From Chrysemys picta bellii (taxonomy: Eukaryota): a DNA stretch of 64,000 bases. Every line of letters starts with the position of its first letter. The first letter of the stretch is position 1. This document shows, piece after piece, positions 41,331-52,800 of the stretch. The notes under the pieces were generated by a model. The model was not told where the DNA came from and ran no database searches. It was given only the letters and a program-made list of their open reading frames with translations. The translations under genes were made by a program, and so were the position numbers. The DNA lies in contig NC_088806.1 in NCBI RefSeq assembly GCF_011386835.1, positions 27,032,001 through 27,096,000 on the forward strand. The letters are read 5' to 3'.

Positions 41331-41589
41331 CCTCCCCTTAGTGAATACCCCGTGTAACTCTGCCTAGGCTATGCCTCCATTCTCTCACCTTCCCTCGAGC
41401 CCCCCTTCAGCCTATGCCTCCCACTTCCAGTCCTGCAGCCTCCCCCATTCCACTTCACTGGCCCAGCACACCCAGTACCCTGGAGCAGGGAATCCTAGCC
41501 CTCTGGCTTTCAATCCATCATGACAGCATGTTTCATTTTCCGGAGCCTTAAACTTAGCCATCCAATAGCTGCAGACCCTCCCTGTCTGC

Positions 41590-41700
41590 AAACTGTGGCT
41601 AGATCCCCAGCAGGAATGCGGTGAGGCGCTTTCCCTCATCCTCCTGGCTAAGCGTCCCTGGGCCTGTGTGTCTATTTTGGTCTGTATCTTTATCACACAC
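41590..41700 (+). promoter_or_regulatory. HSPB2 proximal promoter with muscle-type motifs
   Basis: MCAT/TEAD GGAATG at 41613-41618 and CArG/MEF2-like TCTATTTTGG at 41671-41680, 120-190 nt before the ATG. Confidence 0.4.
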
Positions 41701-41798
41701 ACCTCCCTATGGAATTCACCCGATTAAAACTTTGCGATCGGCAGCCTTCTCACTCTGAGAGGCAGCGAGCACGCTGAAGGTCCCTTCCCCGACAGACC

Positions 41799-41892
41799 AT
41801 GGCTGAGCGGACGATCCCCCATGCCTACCCCATGAGCACGGAATACGAGTTCGCCAACCCCAGCAAGATCTATGACCAGAACTTTGGGGAAG
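41799..41892 (+). CDS. HSPB2: HSPB2 exon 1
   Basis: gaccATGG Kozak context; GAA G|gtaaga. Confidence 0.95.
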
Positions 41893-43935
41893 GTAAGAAA
41901 GAGGCCAGGCTCCCATCTAGCTTCACTTTTGCTCTCTCCTAGTGCAGAAGACTGTCTGGAGTGCATCCCCCTGGGACACCACCTCCTGCAGTGCAGACAC
42001 AGAGATGCTGGAACTATGGGTGCTGGTGATGCTGCCGCACCCCCTGGTTTGAAGTGGTTTCCATTATATACAGGATTTACAGTTTGGTTCAATGGCTCTC
42101 AGCACCCCCACTATACAAATTGTTCCAGCACCCCTGCACAGACACATAAGCAACTGCAATGGGGGGATTTGGAATCATCAAGAAATCTGATGGGGGGCCC
42201 AGGATGGGCCAGGGGGCATCAGGAGAAGCCTCCAGAATAATTAGGAGCCATCATGCTCTTGATCTTTCTCCTTCTAGTTCCCTCCCTCCATGGCTGCATG
42301 TTTCATTCCCGCTTTCCTTGCCCCTCCCTCCCTTTTCATCATTCATGCACACACAGCGCATGGGGAGCAAAATACTCCCCTTTGACCCGGACTGCAGGTG
42401 GGGCCCCTCCTGCCATCAACAGCAGGGCCGCCCAAAGGATTCAGGGGGCCTGGGGCAAAGCAATTTTGGGGGCCCCTTCCATAAAAAAAAGTTGCAATAC
42501 TATAGAATACTATATTCTCGTGGGGGCCTGGGGCAAATTGCCCCACTTGCCCCCTGCCGGGTGGCCCTGATCAACAGCCAGTCCACGTGGCACAGCCCAT
42601 GCCAAAGAGGTCATGAAGACACTGTGTAGATACCAGAGAAGGGTCTTGCTCTTTTATGGCAAAGTGTCGCCTGAAAATTGTTAGGAAAAACTGGTTCTCC
42701 CCTTAATTAGCTGAAAGACTGGTTAGCCAGCAAGCTCTCTGACCCTCGCCTGGTGCAGCGGGTGCTGCAGACCTTAGCAGCAAGGGAAGCTGTCCTAGCC
42801 CACTGCCCGGGACAGGCTGTGGTGGAATCTGACTGGCAGGAGTTGGATTAAGGAGCTTTTGAAAAGAGCTGCTGCTGGTGGGAGATTTTGCATCCCCAGT
42901 CAGCGCAGGGAAAAGCTGAGCTGGTGGGTTCTGGACAAAGCCAGAGCAGTAGCAGCTAGAGGGGAAAGAATGCAGGAGGCAGCAGAACCATTCACCAGGC
43001 TCAAAGTGCTAGCACAACAGTGTGAAAAGGCAAAAGCCCCAAGAAAAGCCTGATGTCAATGTCACACAAAGGGCTTTAGTTCTTCGTGCCAGTTTCTCCG
43101 CATTCAGTGTTTTCCACGTCCAGCTCTGGCTGTGGGCGCCTCTCCTCACAGCACCCACGCCACCCATCACCTACTCTCTCTCGCTCCTAGCTTAGACCCC
43201 CAGATGGATGTCAGCCTCTGGCAGAGCTGGTGGGTGCAGCTGGTGTGTGGCATGGGGTGGCACTCAGTGGGCTGCATGCAGCATTTCAGTGACACATGGG
43301 TGCGCCAAGCTGGTGACTCAGTTTCCATTGTACAACAGAAGTGGTGGGTTTGCACAGAGCCCACACAGATGCCTGCCAAGTCCCAGACTCTGCCAGTCCT
43401 GCTAACATTCCCCTTCGCCTCGCTTGGTCTCGTTGTTGCACTCCTCCATCCCAGGATGCAAAGCAACCCTATGCTCCTCATCGTGTCTCTTTCAGGTGTG
43501 TCCCCTGCAGAGATTTTAGCCCCCACCTTGTATCATGGGTACTACATCAGGCCCCGGATCAACAAGCAGCTGGACCGGGGGATCTCTGAGATCAACCTCA
43601 ATGAGCACAAATTCCAGGTGTTTCTGGATGTCTGCCACTTCCTGCCTGACGAGATCGCCGTCCGCACAGTGGACAACCTGCTAGAGGTGACAGCTCAGCA
43701 CTCCCAGAAAGCTGACCGCCATGGCTTCATCTCCCGGGAATTCACCAGGACGTACATCCTCCCACTGGATGCTGACCCCCTGCGAGTTAAAGCCACGCTG
43801 TCCCATGATGGCATCTTGAGCGTAGAGGCTCCCCGAACTGGGGGGGAAGTGGAGGCCAGAATCAAGGATGTGAAAATAACTCACCAAGATCAGCCAGTGG
43901 GGATGGATAAGGGGAAGGGACAAGCTGAGCCCTAA
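41799..43935 (+). CDS. HSPB2: Heat shock protein beta-2 (MKBP), 177 aa
   Basis: join(41799-41892,43496-43935) = 94+440 = 534 nt; MAERTIPHAYPMSTEYEFANPSKIYDQNFGE|GVSPAEILAPTLYHGYYIRPR...RTVDNLLEV...DRHGFISREFTRTYILP. Confidence 0.97.
42000..42136. mobile_element. Short hAT MITE in the HSPB2 intron
   Basis: TIRs CAGAGATGCTGGAAC / GTTCCAGCACCCCTG; TSD tgcagaca / cacagaca (6 of 8 match). Confidence 0.75.
42423..42569. mobile_element. Short hAT MITE in the HSPB2 intron
   Basis: TIRs CAGGGCCGCCC / GGGTGGCCCTG; perfect 8-bp TSD ATCAACAG. Confidence 0.9.
43496..43935 (+). CDS. HSPB2: HSPB2 exon 2
   Basis: ctttcag|GT GTG TCC ... GAG CCC TAA; encodes the alpha-crystallin domain. Confidence 0.96.
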
Positions 43936-44376
43936 AGCACCCTGGGGCTCTGCTTCAATTGGGGGGATATGTGATTGTGCCAGAACCTTATTTCTCACCC
44001 CCAGTGCTTAGCTTTGGGGGAAGACCACTGGTTGGAAAAGAGGTGGTGGAGTTGAAGAAAGAGAGTGCGGGGGGGACCATAACTGAAGCCTTTTCCCAGT
44101 TCAAGCACTGCCCAGAGGAAGGTAGTACATGCTGCCATCGCTACTCCATTATCCAGAAATAACAGGGGTCACCTCCTGCCATAAACTGCTGTGCTGTGTT
44201 GCTGTGGGCTGTTAACCAGCTGCTGTGTTCCACCCCGGAGGGGGCTGCATTTCAGTGGTGGGTGGAGTAATCCAGTGCATCGTTTTTAAACCTGTCGCTA
44301 ACATTTGTGGAGAGCTTTGGGGGTGGAAGGGGCTGTAAGTATGTAAAAACAACAATAGTTCTTAAGAGAAATGAGG

Positions 44377-44382
44377 AATAAA
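44377..44382 (+). terminator. Candidate HSPB2 poly(A) signal AATAAA
   Basis: First AATAAA seen after the stop codon, about 440 nt downstream. Confidence 0.45.
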
Positions 44383-44688
44383 TCTAGCTCTAATCTTCTC
44401 ACATTTGCTTTGAATTTCAATTGCTCACATCATAGTTATTCTGCATTGAAGAATCTGGACAACGCCTTAGCCTCTCTTGATGCAGTGAACCAGGAAATTG
44501 TTCTGGTCAGCATATTTTGTGGCACCAGATTATTTAGAGTTCATTCAGAGTTCATCTGTGAAACCAACATCAGTGCCAACCCTGAGAGTGACTAACCGCA
44601 GGGGATCACCCTTATGGCAGATGGGTGCACTTTGCAACCATTGTGCCAGTCCCCTTTGGATTCCCAGAATAGTTCTGATGCCATAGCC

Positions 44689-44981
44689 CAGGGGTGGCCC
44701 TCCGAGCCACATACAACAATCTTCAGACGTTTGAGAGCTGGGGCACATCTGCTGGGAGCCTGGGCTCGGGGCTTTAGCCCCATTCCTGCTGAAGCCCCCA
44801 GCAGGTGCATCCCACAGGGCTGAAGCCCGGCACCCCTCCTTCCTGCTGGACAGAAGCCCCTACCCCCACCACCCCATTGCAAGGCAGAGGTCCCGAGCCC
44901 CCTCTCCCCCCGCCCCCATCTGGTAGGTGGAGAATGGGGGGGGGGCTTGTGGCTCGCAAGCCTACAGTTTAGCCACCCCTG
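44689..44981. mobile_element. Degraded hAT-type MITE
   Basis: TIRs CAGGGGTGGC / GCCACCCCTG; no matching TSD. Confidence 0.55.
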
Positions 44982-47900
44982 CAGGAAGTTTCAGGGATGT
45001 AATGGCTTCTGGTACGTAGGAACAGACTGAAAGATGCCAGGGGATCATTGTCAAAAATACGCACTCATCTCCAGGGCTGGCTTTAGGGGTTCTGCTGACC
45101 TAGGAAACTTGCCCAAGGCACTCCTCTGCCCTACCTATTTCAGTCCATGGGAAGTTGTGCCCACCCAGGTAGAGACCCATCCTGCGTCCTTTGGAGGAAG
45201 TGAGCCATTAATGTTTCAAGGTCCTGTACAATGTTGAAGACACAGAGCTCAGTTCAACTGGCTTCAGTGGAATTGCATCAGGGATGAATCTGGCCCTAGG
45301 TCCCCCTTCCGTAACCAAGTGCTTCATCAACCCGATGCTACAGGGCACCAGGAGAAAGTCCCCTTACTCTGATGATGTCAGAAGGGGGATTGTGTGTGTT
45401 ACACAGTCTGCTGCAGCAGCTGCTTGGGCTGGCTGTGAGGAGTCAGCAGATGGCAAACTCATTCCTCCTCTGAGCCGATTAAGGCAGTGAGGTGCTGTGT
45501 CACTGACCAAATATGGGGTCTCTGGCACATCCTGATGTGGGGATACGAGTCCTCCCCTGGCGTGGCAGAGAGTGAAGGTTCCAAGACACCCACTGAGGAA
45601 GCTGGAGGATTCGTAAGTCCCTCCTTTGCATTACTTCTTAGGGCCTGATTCTCAGTTACACTAAGGCCCCAGTGCACTGATCTGGAAAAATAAAAGGGGC
45701 CAGGAACGGCACCCTATGAATTCCCTTGTGTGGAGGGACTGAAAGCAGGGCATAAGGACTGCTCCCGGCTGCCAGGCAAGTCCAGAGTCTGGCTGGAATG
45801 CACCGCTTCCTAGAGTCATAGTGAGCTATGGGAATGAAATTCGGAGCGGCCTTGAGGCTGCTACAACTTACAACGGGCCCTCACCAGCCTCAGAATACAG
45901 GGAGTGCAAAGGTGGTAGCTTGCTACTCTATACCTGCCCCAAGTTCAGGGAGAGGACCATTGAGAATCAGTTTTGGTCTTTATGGTTTAGGAACAGCCAT
46001 TCTCAGTGCAGGGGGGCTGGATGGTTGCTCACTGGTTCTGATCTGCAGCTCTGGTTGTCAGTGGTTGACGGTTGCTCCCGTCTGCCGAATGGCCTACATG
46101 GTTTGGCTTGGGAGGGTCTCTCAGTCCAGTTCCTGGTAGGCTGATCCTCCCATCCCAAAAAACAACCAGCACCACTGGCACTAACTGTCCACCTGGCTGT
46201 CACTCCCAGCAGACAGGCCATGGAATCAATAATGAACCATTGTTCTTGCTTTTACAGGTGCTCTCTCCAGAGCAGGGATGATGTGCATTGACAGGGAAGT
46301 GTATGGGAAACTCACCCTGCTGCTTCTTGGGTGGTGGTACCTGCTCTATGTATAGAGGACTTTGATCCCTCGCCTTTCACTTCTCTCTGGGGAGTGGTGT
46401 GTAAAAGGATTCGTGCTTGCATAGACAGGATGCTCTGGTGAAACTGCCTGGGTGGAAAGCCTGCTGAAACAGCTCACAGGATCATAGCTGTTTGATGCCC
46501 CCCCCCACCCCCCCGTGTTGACTGGGAACTCCAGGGGACTCAGATTAACTCTGGACAATCTGCGTCTAATTCCTTTTTCTTTCATTTCTTTTCTGCTGAG
46601 ATGGCGGAGCCCTCTGGTGAATCTGACCTGAGCCCTTCAGCCAGAATGGGGCTTTTCCTTGCTTAGATCCAGCATCTTCATGGCAAAAAGTAAAGGTCCC
46701 CTGCATTTAATGGAGATACCCACATCAGGGCATTTGGGTTTGGCAAAGACATATATTGGGTTGAGTACAGTAAAGACATTAGTACAGAATGAAATGTTCA
46801 TATACCATGGTGATGAGCACTGTATAAAACCCAAGACGGATAGCCAGATGTACAGGGTATTTACTGTATACTTTCCATGCCCATCAGTTTAAAAGAGAAA
46901 TATCATGAAGCTCTATTAATGGGGTGTTTGTTGGCTTCTGGCTAGCACCCAAGATTTGACAGCTCCTCCATGAAAGAAATAATTGTATCATCTGCAATTT
47001 TAGTTTAAACTCACTTTCCACAACCCTAGAAAAAGAAACCTCACAACTCCCCCATCTTGTGTGTGTGAGGAAAGCAAGGCGGGTAAGCAACAAGACCTAA
47101 CAATGCCATCCCACCAGAATGGCAGGGGGAAGCCTCTGTAGTGACCTGAGAATCTAGTGACCTCCATTGACAGGGAAGCAGAATGAAAGCTCCAAATTGT
47201 CTCCGATGCAGCATAAAGTGCAGTTTGCACAGAGTGAAGCAGTGATAAAAGGGGCTTTGCTCTAACGGGGCTGGACTGCATTTTCACTGGAGGTGGAACC
47301 AATTCTGCTTCCAAAGGAGAAGTTACTGAACCAGTTCTGAGCTAATTTTTTGTACATGCAATGCTAAATCGTTCTGTGTCTGCAGAAAGCCTGGGGCACC
47401 AAGGTGTTACCGCAGTACAAATAATAAATAGACCAACAACAATAATAATAAAAACAATGGATAATTCTGTTCCTTCGCTCTCTTTTAATATCTTCTAGCT
47501 CTAACGGGCAGGATTGAGTTCTCTGTTGCTGGGCGCCAGCAGCCCTCTCCAATGCCAATTTCACTCCTGGTTACAAAGCCAGATTCCATTCCAAGTGTCT
47601 CAGACCACACTAAAACAACTGCCCTGAGCGCTGACGCTGGGAGACGCGGCTGACACTGACTGGTGTGAAGCAGCTGATCATTATCCGTGGACTCTCGCTA
47701 CCTAAGCACAAAATAGCACAATCGCATTGCTAAGCTTGAGTGCTGGAACCCGGGCTCCCTTTTATTCCTGCAGACAGAGGATAAAAAGGGAACGCGGAGT
47801 GGCAGCCAAATACTTCCCGGAGCTGCCAATGTTTTCAATGGCTTTCTGTTTCTCTGGTGGCACTCAAACCAACAGCCCCAGTGTTTGTCCAGAGGGGCTG

Positions 47901-48789
47901 ATGGAAGCAGATTCTCAACGAGGTTTTTTTGTTTTTCCATAAGGCAACAAAGCCTGAGTTAACTCTGAAATAAAAACAGATTTGCTGTCTAAACAAACAA
48001 AAGGATCAGTCTGTGGCATGTTCAGAGATACACAAAGTCTGTGACTGCAGACAAGAGATGAGCAAGCAGCTGAGTGTTACCCAGCCATTGGGACGTTGGT
48101 CTCCGCAGAATACAGCCATGCTGGGCTTCAGGATTCAGTCTGGATTTTCTGCTTTCACCAGCCAGATACCAGATTGGATTAGATTGCAAGCGTAACTCGC
48201 TGGTTCTTTAGCTCAATGTGTGGCGACTCCTGCTTTGAGTTCAGGAGGACCCTGGTCAGTCCTTGGGGAGTCAGCCAAGGTAGTGGGTGTTACACAAGTT
48301 CCACAGGGCAGGGGCCTTCTCCTCATATCTCTGCTGTAAGGCATTAAACACCCCTCTGCATGTCATCAGATAATAAACCCTGTAAATGGTAGTGTACACT
48401 TTGGGAAGAGGCACAGAGCTGCTTCCTGATCAAGCCCAGGAACTGTGTGGTTTGGGCAGTGGCTGAACCAAAGAGGAGAATTCTGTTCTGGACAGGTTCT
48501 TCTACCATGCTCATCACTGTAGTACCGCCTCATGGCTAAGATCAAGCGTATTGCTTCTTGGGTCTCTATGAGCTGAGGGGTGAAAACATTATCTAAGCGC
48601 CTTTGCATAGTGCCTTAGGAGTGAAGCCGCAAAGGTTGCATATGTTACAATAGTTAAATGCAAATTATTAATTCAAACATATTCAATTGTCAGCTACAAC
48701 CCACAAGGTGAATTCAGAAGCAGCTGGAAGAGCTCAAACTCAGGGTGGGGCCTTTGAGTGCAGATAATTCCCACAACAGGGTTATGTTA

Positions 48790-49330
48790 AGATAAGAGCA
48801 TTTATTATTAGTTGTCATTTCTATTGCAGAAGAACCTAGTGAGCAGGGCCCCGCTATGCTAGCTGCGGTCACATACATAGCATGAGACAGCCCCTGCCCT
48901 GAAGAGCTTTATAATCTAAGTAGACTAGAGAGGTGAAGGAAGTAGTTTTATCTGCATTTGATAGATGGATAACTGAGGCCCAGATCCGTAAAGGTATTTA
49001 GGCTCCTAACTTCCACAGCAATCAATGGGAATTAGGAACCTAAATACCTTTGTGGATCTGGGCCAGAGAGACTAAAGGCCCCATTTTTAAAGGTATTTAG
49101 GAGGTTAATGAAGCAAAGAGGTGCATAGCAGGATTCTAAAGTGCCTACATGCTTAATTCCCATGGGAGGTCCTTTGAAGATTCCCACTAGGCACTTATCT
49201 GCATCTTTAGGCACCTAGATACCTTCAAAAATCTGGCCCTAACCGACTTGTCCAAAGTTACACAAGGAGCCTGTGATAGAGGCAGAAAATTGAGACCCAG
49301 TCCACTGCCTTAGCCAGAAGACCAATCTTC
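48790..49330 (-). mobile_element. CORE-SINE (MIR-like) interrupted by two nested palindromic MITEs (48977-49064 and 49076-49239)
   Basis: The CORE motif aactgaggc..agagagactaa..gacttgtccaaagttacaca is split by a near-perfect 88-nt hairpin and by a TAA-flanked element. Confidence 0.7.
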
Positions 49331-49856
49331 CCTAATGTTTAGCATCCCCTTGGACAAAGCCTCTCAAACTGACTCCCCAGGTAACACCGGTCTTTGTTTT
49401 AATGCTACACATTTTTCTGACACTCTGTCTGAGATGAAGATGATCAGAGCATGAAAAGCCCTGACAGCTCCCTTCCCTCTGGGGAATTGTCCCTGGCCGT
49501 CTCCCACCTCCATAACTGCTCAGCATGGACATTTCTGGGCTGTGCCGATTCCCTGATATCAGTGGGGCACACTGGGGCACACACCCCAGGGTTCAGGCTG
49601 GAGACCTGATCCTAGCTCCCCATTTGCCAGGGAGAGCTGAGTGTGGGGCTGGCAGGAGCAGCCGCCTCTAGAAATCCCTCCAGCAGATGGCACACACAGG
49701 CCTAACGAAGTTTCGCTTCACTGATGAAGAGAAATCTGACACTGCCAGACACTCCCTTGGAGCTGCCAGGGGCTGAACAGGGAACCAGGAAATACAAGCT
49801 CTGCTCTCCCTGTGACTTCAGAAAAACATTTTCTGCTTCATGGAGGCAGGAGCGAC

Positions 49857-49888
49857 ATGGGCAACTCCTGCAGCTGTGCGGGACGCGG
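49857..49888 (+). CDS. C11orf52: C11orf52 exon 1
   Basis: gacATG GGC AAC TCC TGC AGC TGT GCG GGA CGC GG|gtgagt; 32 bp. Confidence 0.82.
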
Positions 49889-52800
49889 GTGAGTACAGGC
49901 TTTGTAGGCGGTGGAGGGATCATGCAGGAGAAAGGAGGCGAGGCTGGGGCAGCTGAGGGCTAAAGTTTTGGCTGACTTTGCCAACTGCGTGGGAAAGCGA
50001 GTGCGCTTTCCTGCTCTGAGTTCCCAGGGCTCCCATCTGCCTGGGCAGCGGGCAGGCCTGTCCCACAGGCAGAGTGCTAGCAGGTGCAGCCAGTGGAGAG
50101 TTTGGAGTGAGCAGTAATTGACACCCACCGGGCAGGGGGGTGAATGTCACAGGTAGGGTGACCAGACAGCAAGTGTGAAAAATCGGGACGGGGATGGGGG
50201 GTAATAGAAGCCTATATAAGAACAAGCCCCAAATATCGGGACTGTCCCTATAAAATCGGGACATCTGGTCACCCTAGTCACAGGAGGCCAACAGAGAGGC
50301 AAGGTGGGCGAGGTAATATCGTTTATTGCACCAACTTCTGCTGGCGAGAGGGACACGCTTGTACAGAGGAGGGGAGACTCGCGCTCCCTGTGCCTTCTCA
50401 GGGCACTGAGGTGGGGAGGTGCTTCGGTCACTTTCACCTCTCTCCTGTGCTGAGAGTGATTCCTCTCCAGACACAGTTTACAGCAGCTTCAGGGGTAGGC
50501 CTAACTCAAGCCTGGCTGCTGCCACTGCCCCTACAGGTCATTCCAGCAGCTGGGAATAGGGTGTAGGAAGGCTCTGGCCACACTCCCTGCAGCTGGACCT
50601 GCAAAGCCAGTGCGGCACCTCCCCGAGTCTCCCTGCACTCAGGGGCCATTCTGCATGGGGGGACCCTCAGGGTGGATTGGTGGTGCCTTTACTCTGGCAG
50701 GGTACTGCGGATCAGCCCCTCTGAGTCCAGCTTTCAGCATCTCCTACCCCTATCTGCAGTCCGCTGCTCTGTCTCCATCCTCCAATCCGCATGGGCTTTA
50801 TTTCCAGTCAGGAAATCCAGAAAGTGGCCCTGGGCACATTTGTAGATGCTGTTTCTGCTTGATCCCTCCAAGCTCATGTGGGGCCCAGCCCCACCCTGCC
50901 TACTGAAAAGGCATACGATAAACCACTGTTTGATGCCATGGGGCAATATTTGCTGGCCTGGGTGTGAGATCATGACAGGGAAAATCTGGCCAAGGTGAAA
51001 GGGAATTATGGGAAGTCAAGCCCCTGGCTGGGTGGGGTGCAGGAGTGGGGGTGTCATAATATAGAAATATATAGTTTTGTTTTCATTTTGTAATATTACA
51101 TTTGCTAAAATATTTGAATATTTAAAAGAAACACAGCATCACTTAGTGACTGGAACTGGGAATCAGGACTCCTGGGTTCATTTCCTGGCTTGGGGAATGG
51201 CATGTAGGTTATTGGTTAGAGCTTGGTGGGGACTGGGAGTCAGGATGGAATGCAAGAATCTGTATCTGCCTGAGGGATGGGAGCTAGGGGTAGTCTAGGA
51301 ATCAGGGCGTGTGACTCAGTTACTTATCCTTGCTCAGGTACCCATGGTGGGTGTTGGCTTCTCCCCTTGCCAAGGGCTCATTACAACCCCTCATCTCCAT
51401 TACAATCTCTCCATCTCTTGCCCTGAGGGTTTCCCAGCCATCCTTTGCTATCTGTTAATGTTTGTGAATTGCCTGAAGAATGAAGGGTCATGCTCTGCTG
51501 TAGTCCCTCCCACAGTCTGCAGGGAGGCCAGGGACTCCTAAGGCTAAAGAAGATCGTTATCATTGTAATTCCTGTTAGGAAGCATCACAGGCCCCTATTG
51601 TGCCAGGCGCTGTACAAACAGAGAAGTAGATACAATCTCTGCCCTCAAAGAGAAACAGAAACCAGAATCTAGAGGCCATTCACCGCTGAACTAGGGGTGA
51701 ATCTCTGTGCTTAGGAGCTCACCTTTCTAGCCTTCCCCTTAGCAGGAGGGCCTGGGGCAGCCTATCTCCTGAGGGCCCCTCTGCGCAGTGATTGTGCTGG
51801 GATAGATGCTGCCAGTTTCCCCTTGGCTTTGTATCAAAGACTGCCTGGAAAGTAGGGGGCCAATCTGATGTCTACCAGCTGGATAGCACTAAGAGCCTGA
51901 TCCTCCAAATGCCAGGGATATTAGGGTCTAATCCTGCAGAGAACTGAGCACTCTGCAGGATTAGTATGTATTTGTGTTATGGTAGCACCTAGAGCCACCA
52001 GCTGAGATCAAGGTTCCATGTTATAAGCACTGTACCTGCGTGGTGAGAGATCACTAGCCAGAGCTTTGTGAAAAGGCATTTAAGTTTCCTGAGAATGACA
52101 GCAAGATAGGAATGATCCAGGGAACAAAGAATCCCAAGCTTCTTTCCTGCTTCAGTTTTATGTTGGTGCCTTTTGGTCTGTCCTAAGCTGATGCCATCCT
52201 CTCGTTGCTGCCCCCTGGTAAGGTCCTTGTGTGGTGGAGTGGGCTTTGGCTTAAAGACTCCTGGAAGCCATGACCTGTCTTTTGCCCTCTGCTACCATGC
52301 CTGCGTGGCCTGTGAATTCAGAGCAAACATCTACCTTAAAGGCTGCATCAGGGAGAAAGAAACAGAGAAGTGTTTTCCTCCTGAGAGTCTACAAAGAATG
52401 GGGGGAAAGACACAGCAAAGCGGGGAGCTCCAGTTCCCCATTCCGAGTGGCCACACCCTGCATGGCTGGTTTCCAGTGGCTGCTAACGGCAGAGACGTAC
52501 CTAGGTAACAGGGGCTCTGGAGGGTTCAGCAGAGGAAAGAGAGCAGGAAAAGAATGGGCTCCATATAATCTCTGCAGCAGTGGGTCAGATGTGGCTTTGA
52601 CTTAACTGCCAAATAAATAATACCTAACTCTTCTATAGCACTTTTCATCAGTGGCTCTCAAAGCCCTGCACAATCTCTAATGTAGTTATCCTCACTGCAC
52701 TTCTGGAAGCAGGGAAATATTATTGTACTTGTCTTTATTTGTATAGATAGGGAAAGTGACTTTGGCAAGGCTCACCCAGAAAGTCTGTAGCAGAGCAGGG

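Noticed and set aside
43132-43495. N-terminal part of the 267-aa ORF as an extended HSPB2
   Set aside because: It is intronic. The real N-terminus is exon 1 at 41799-41892, spliced to the acceptor at 43496.
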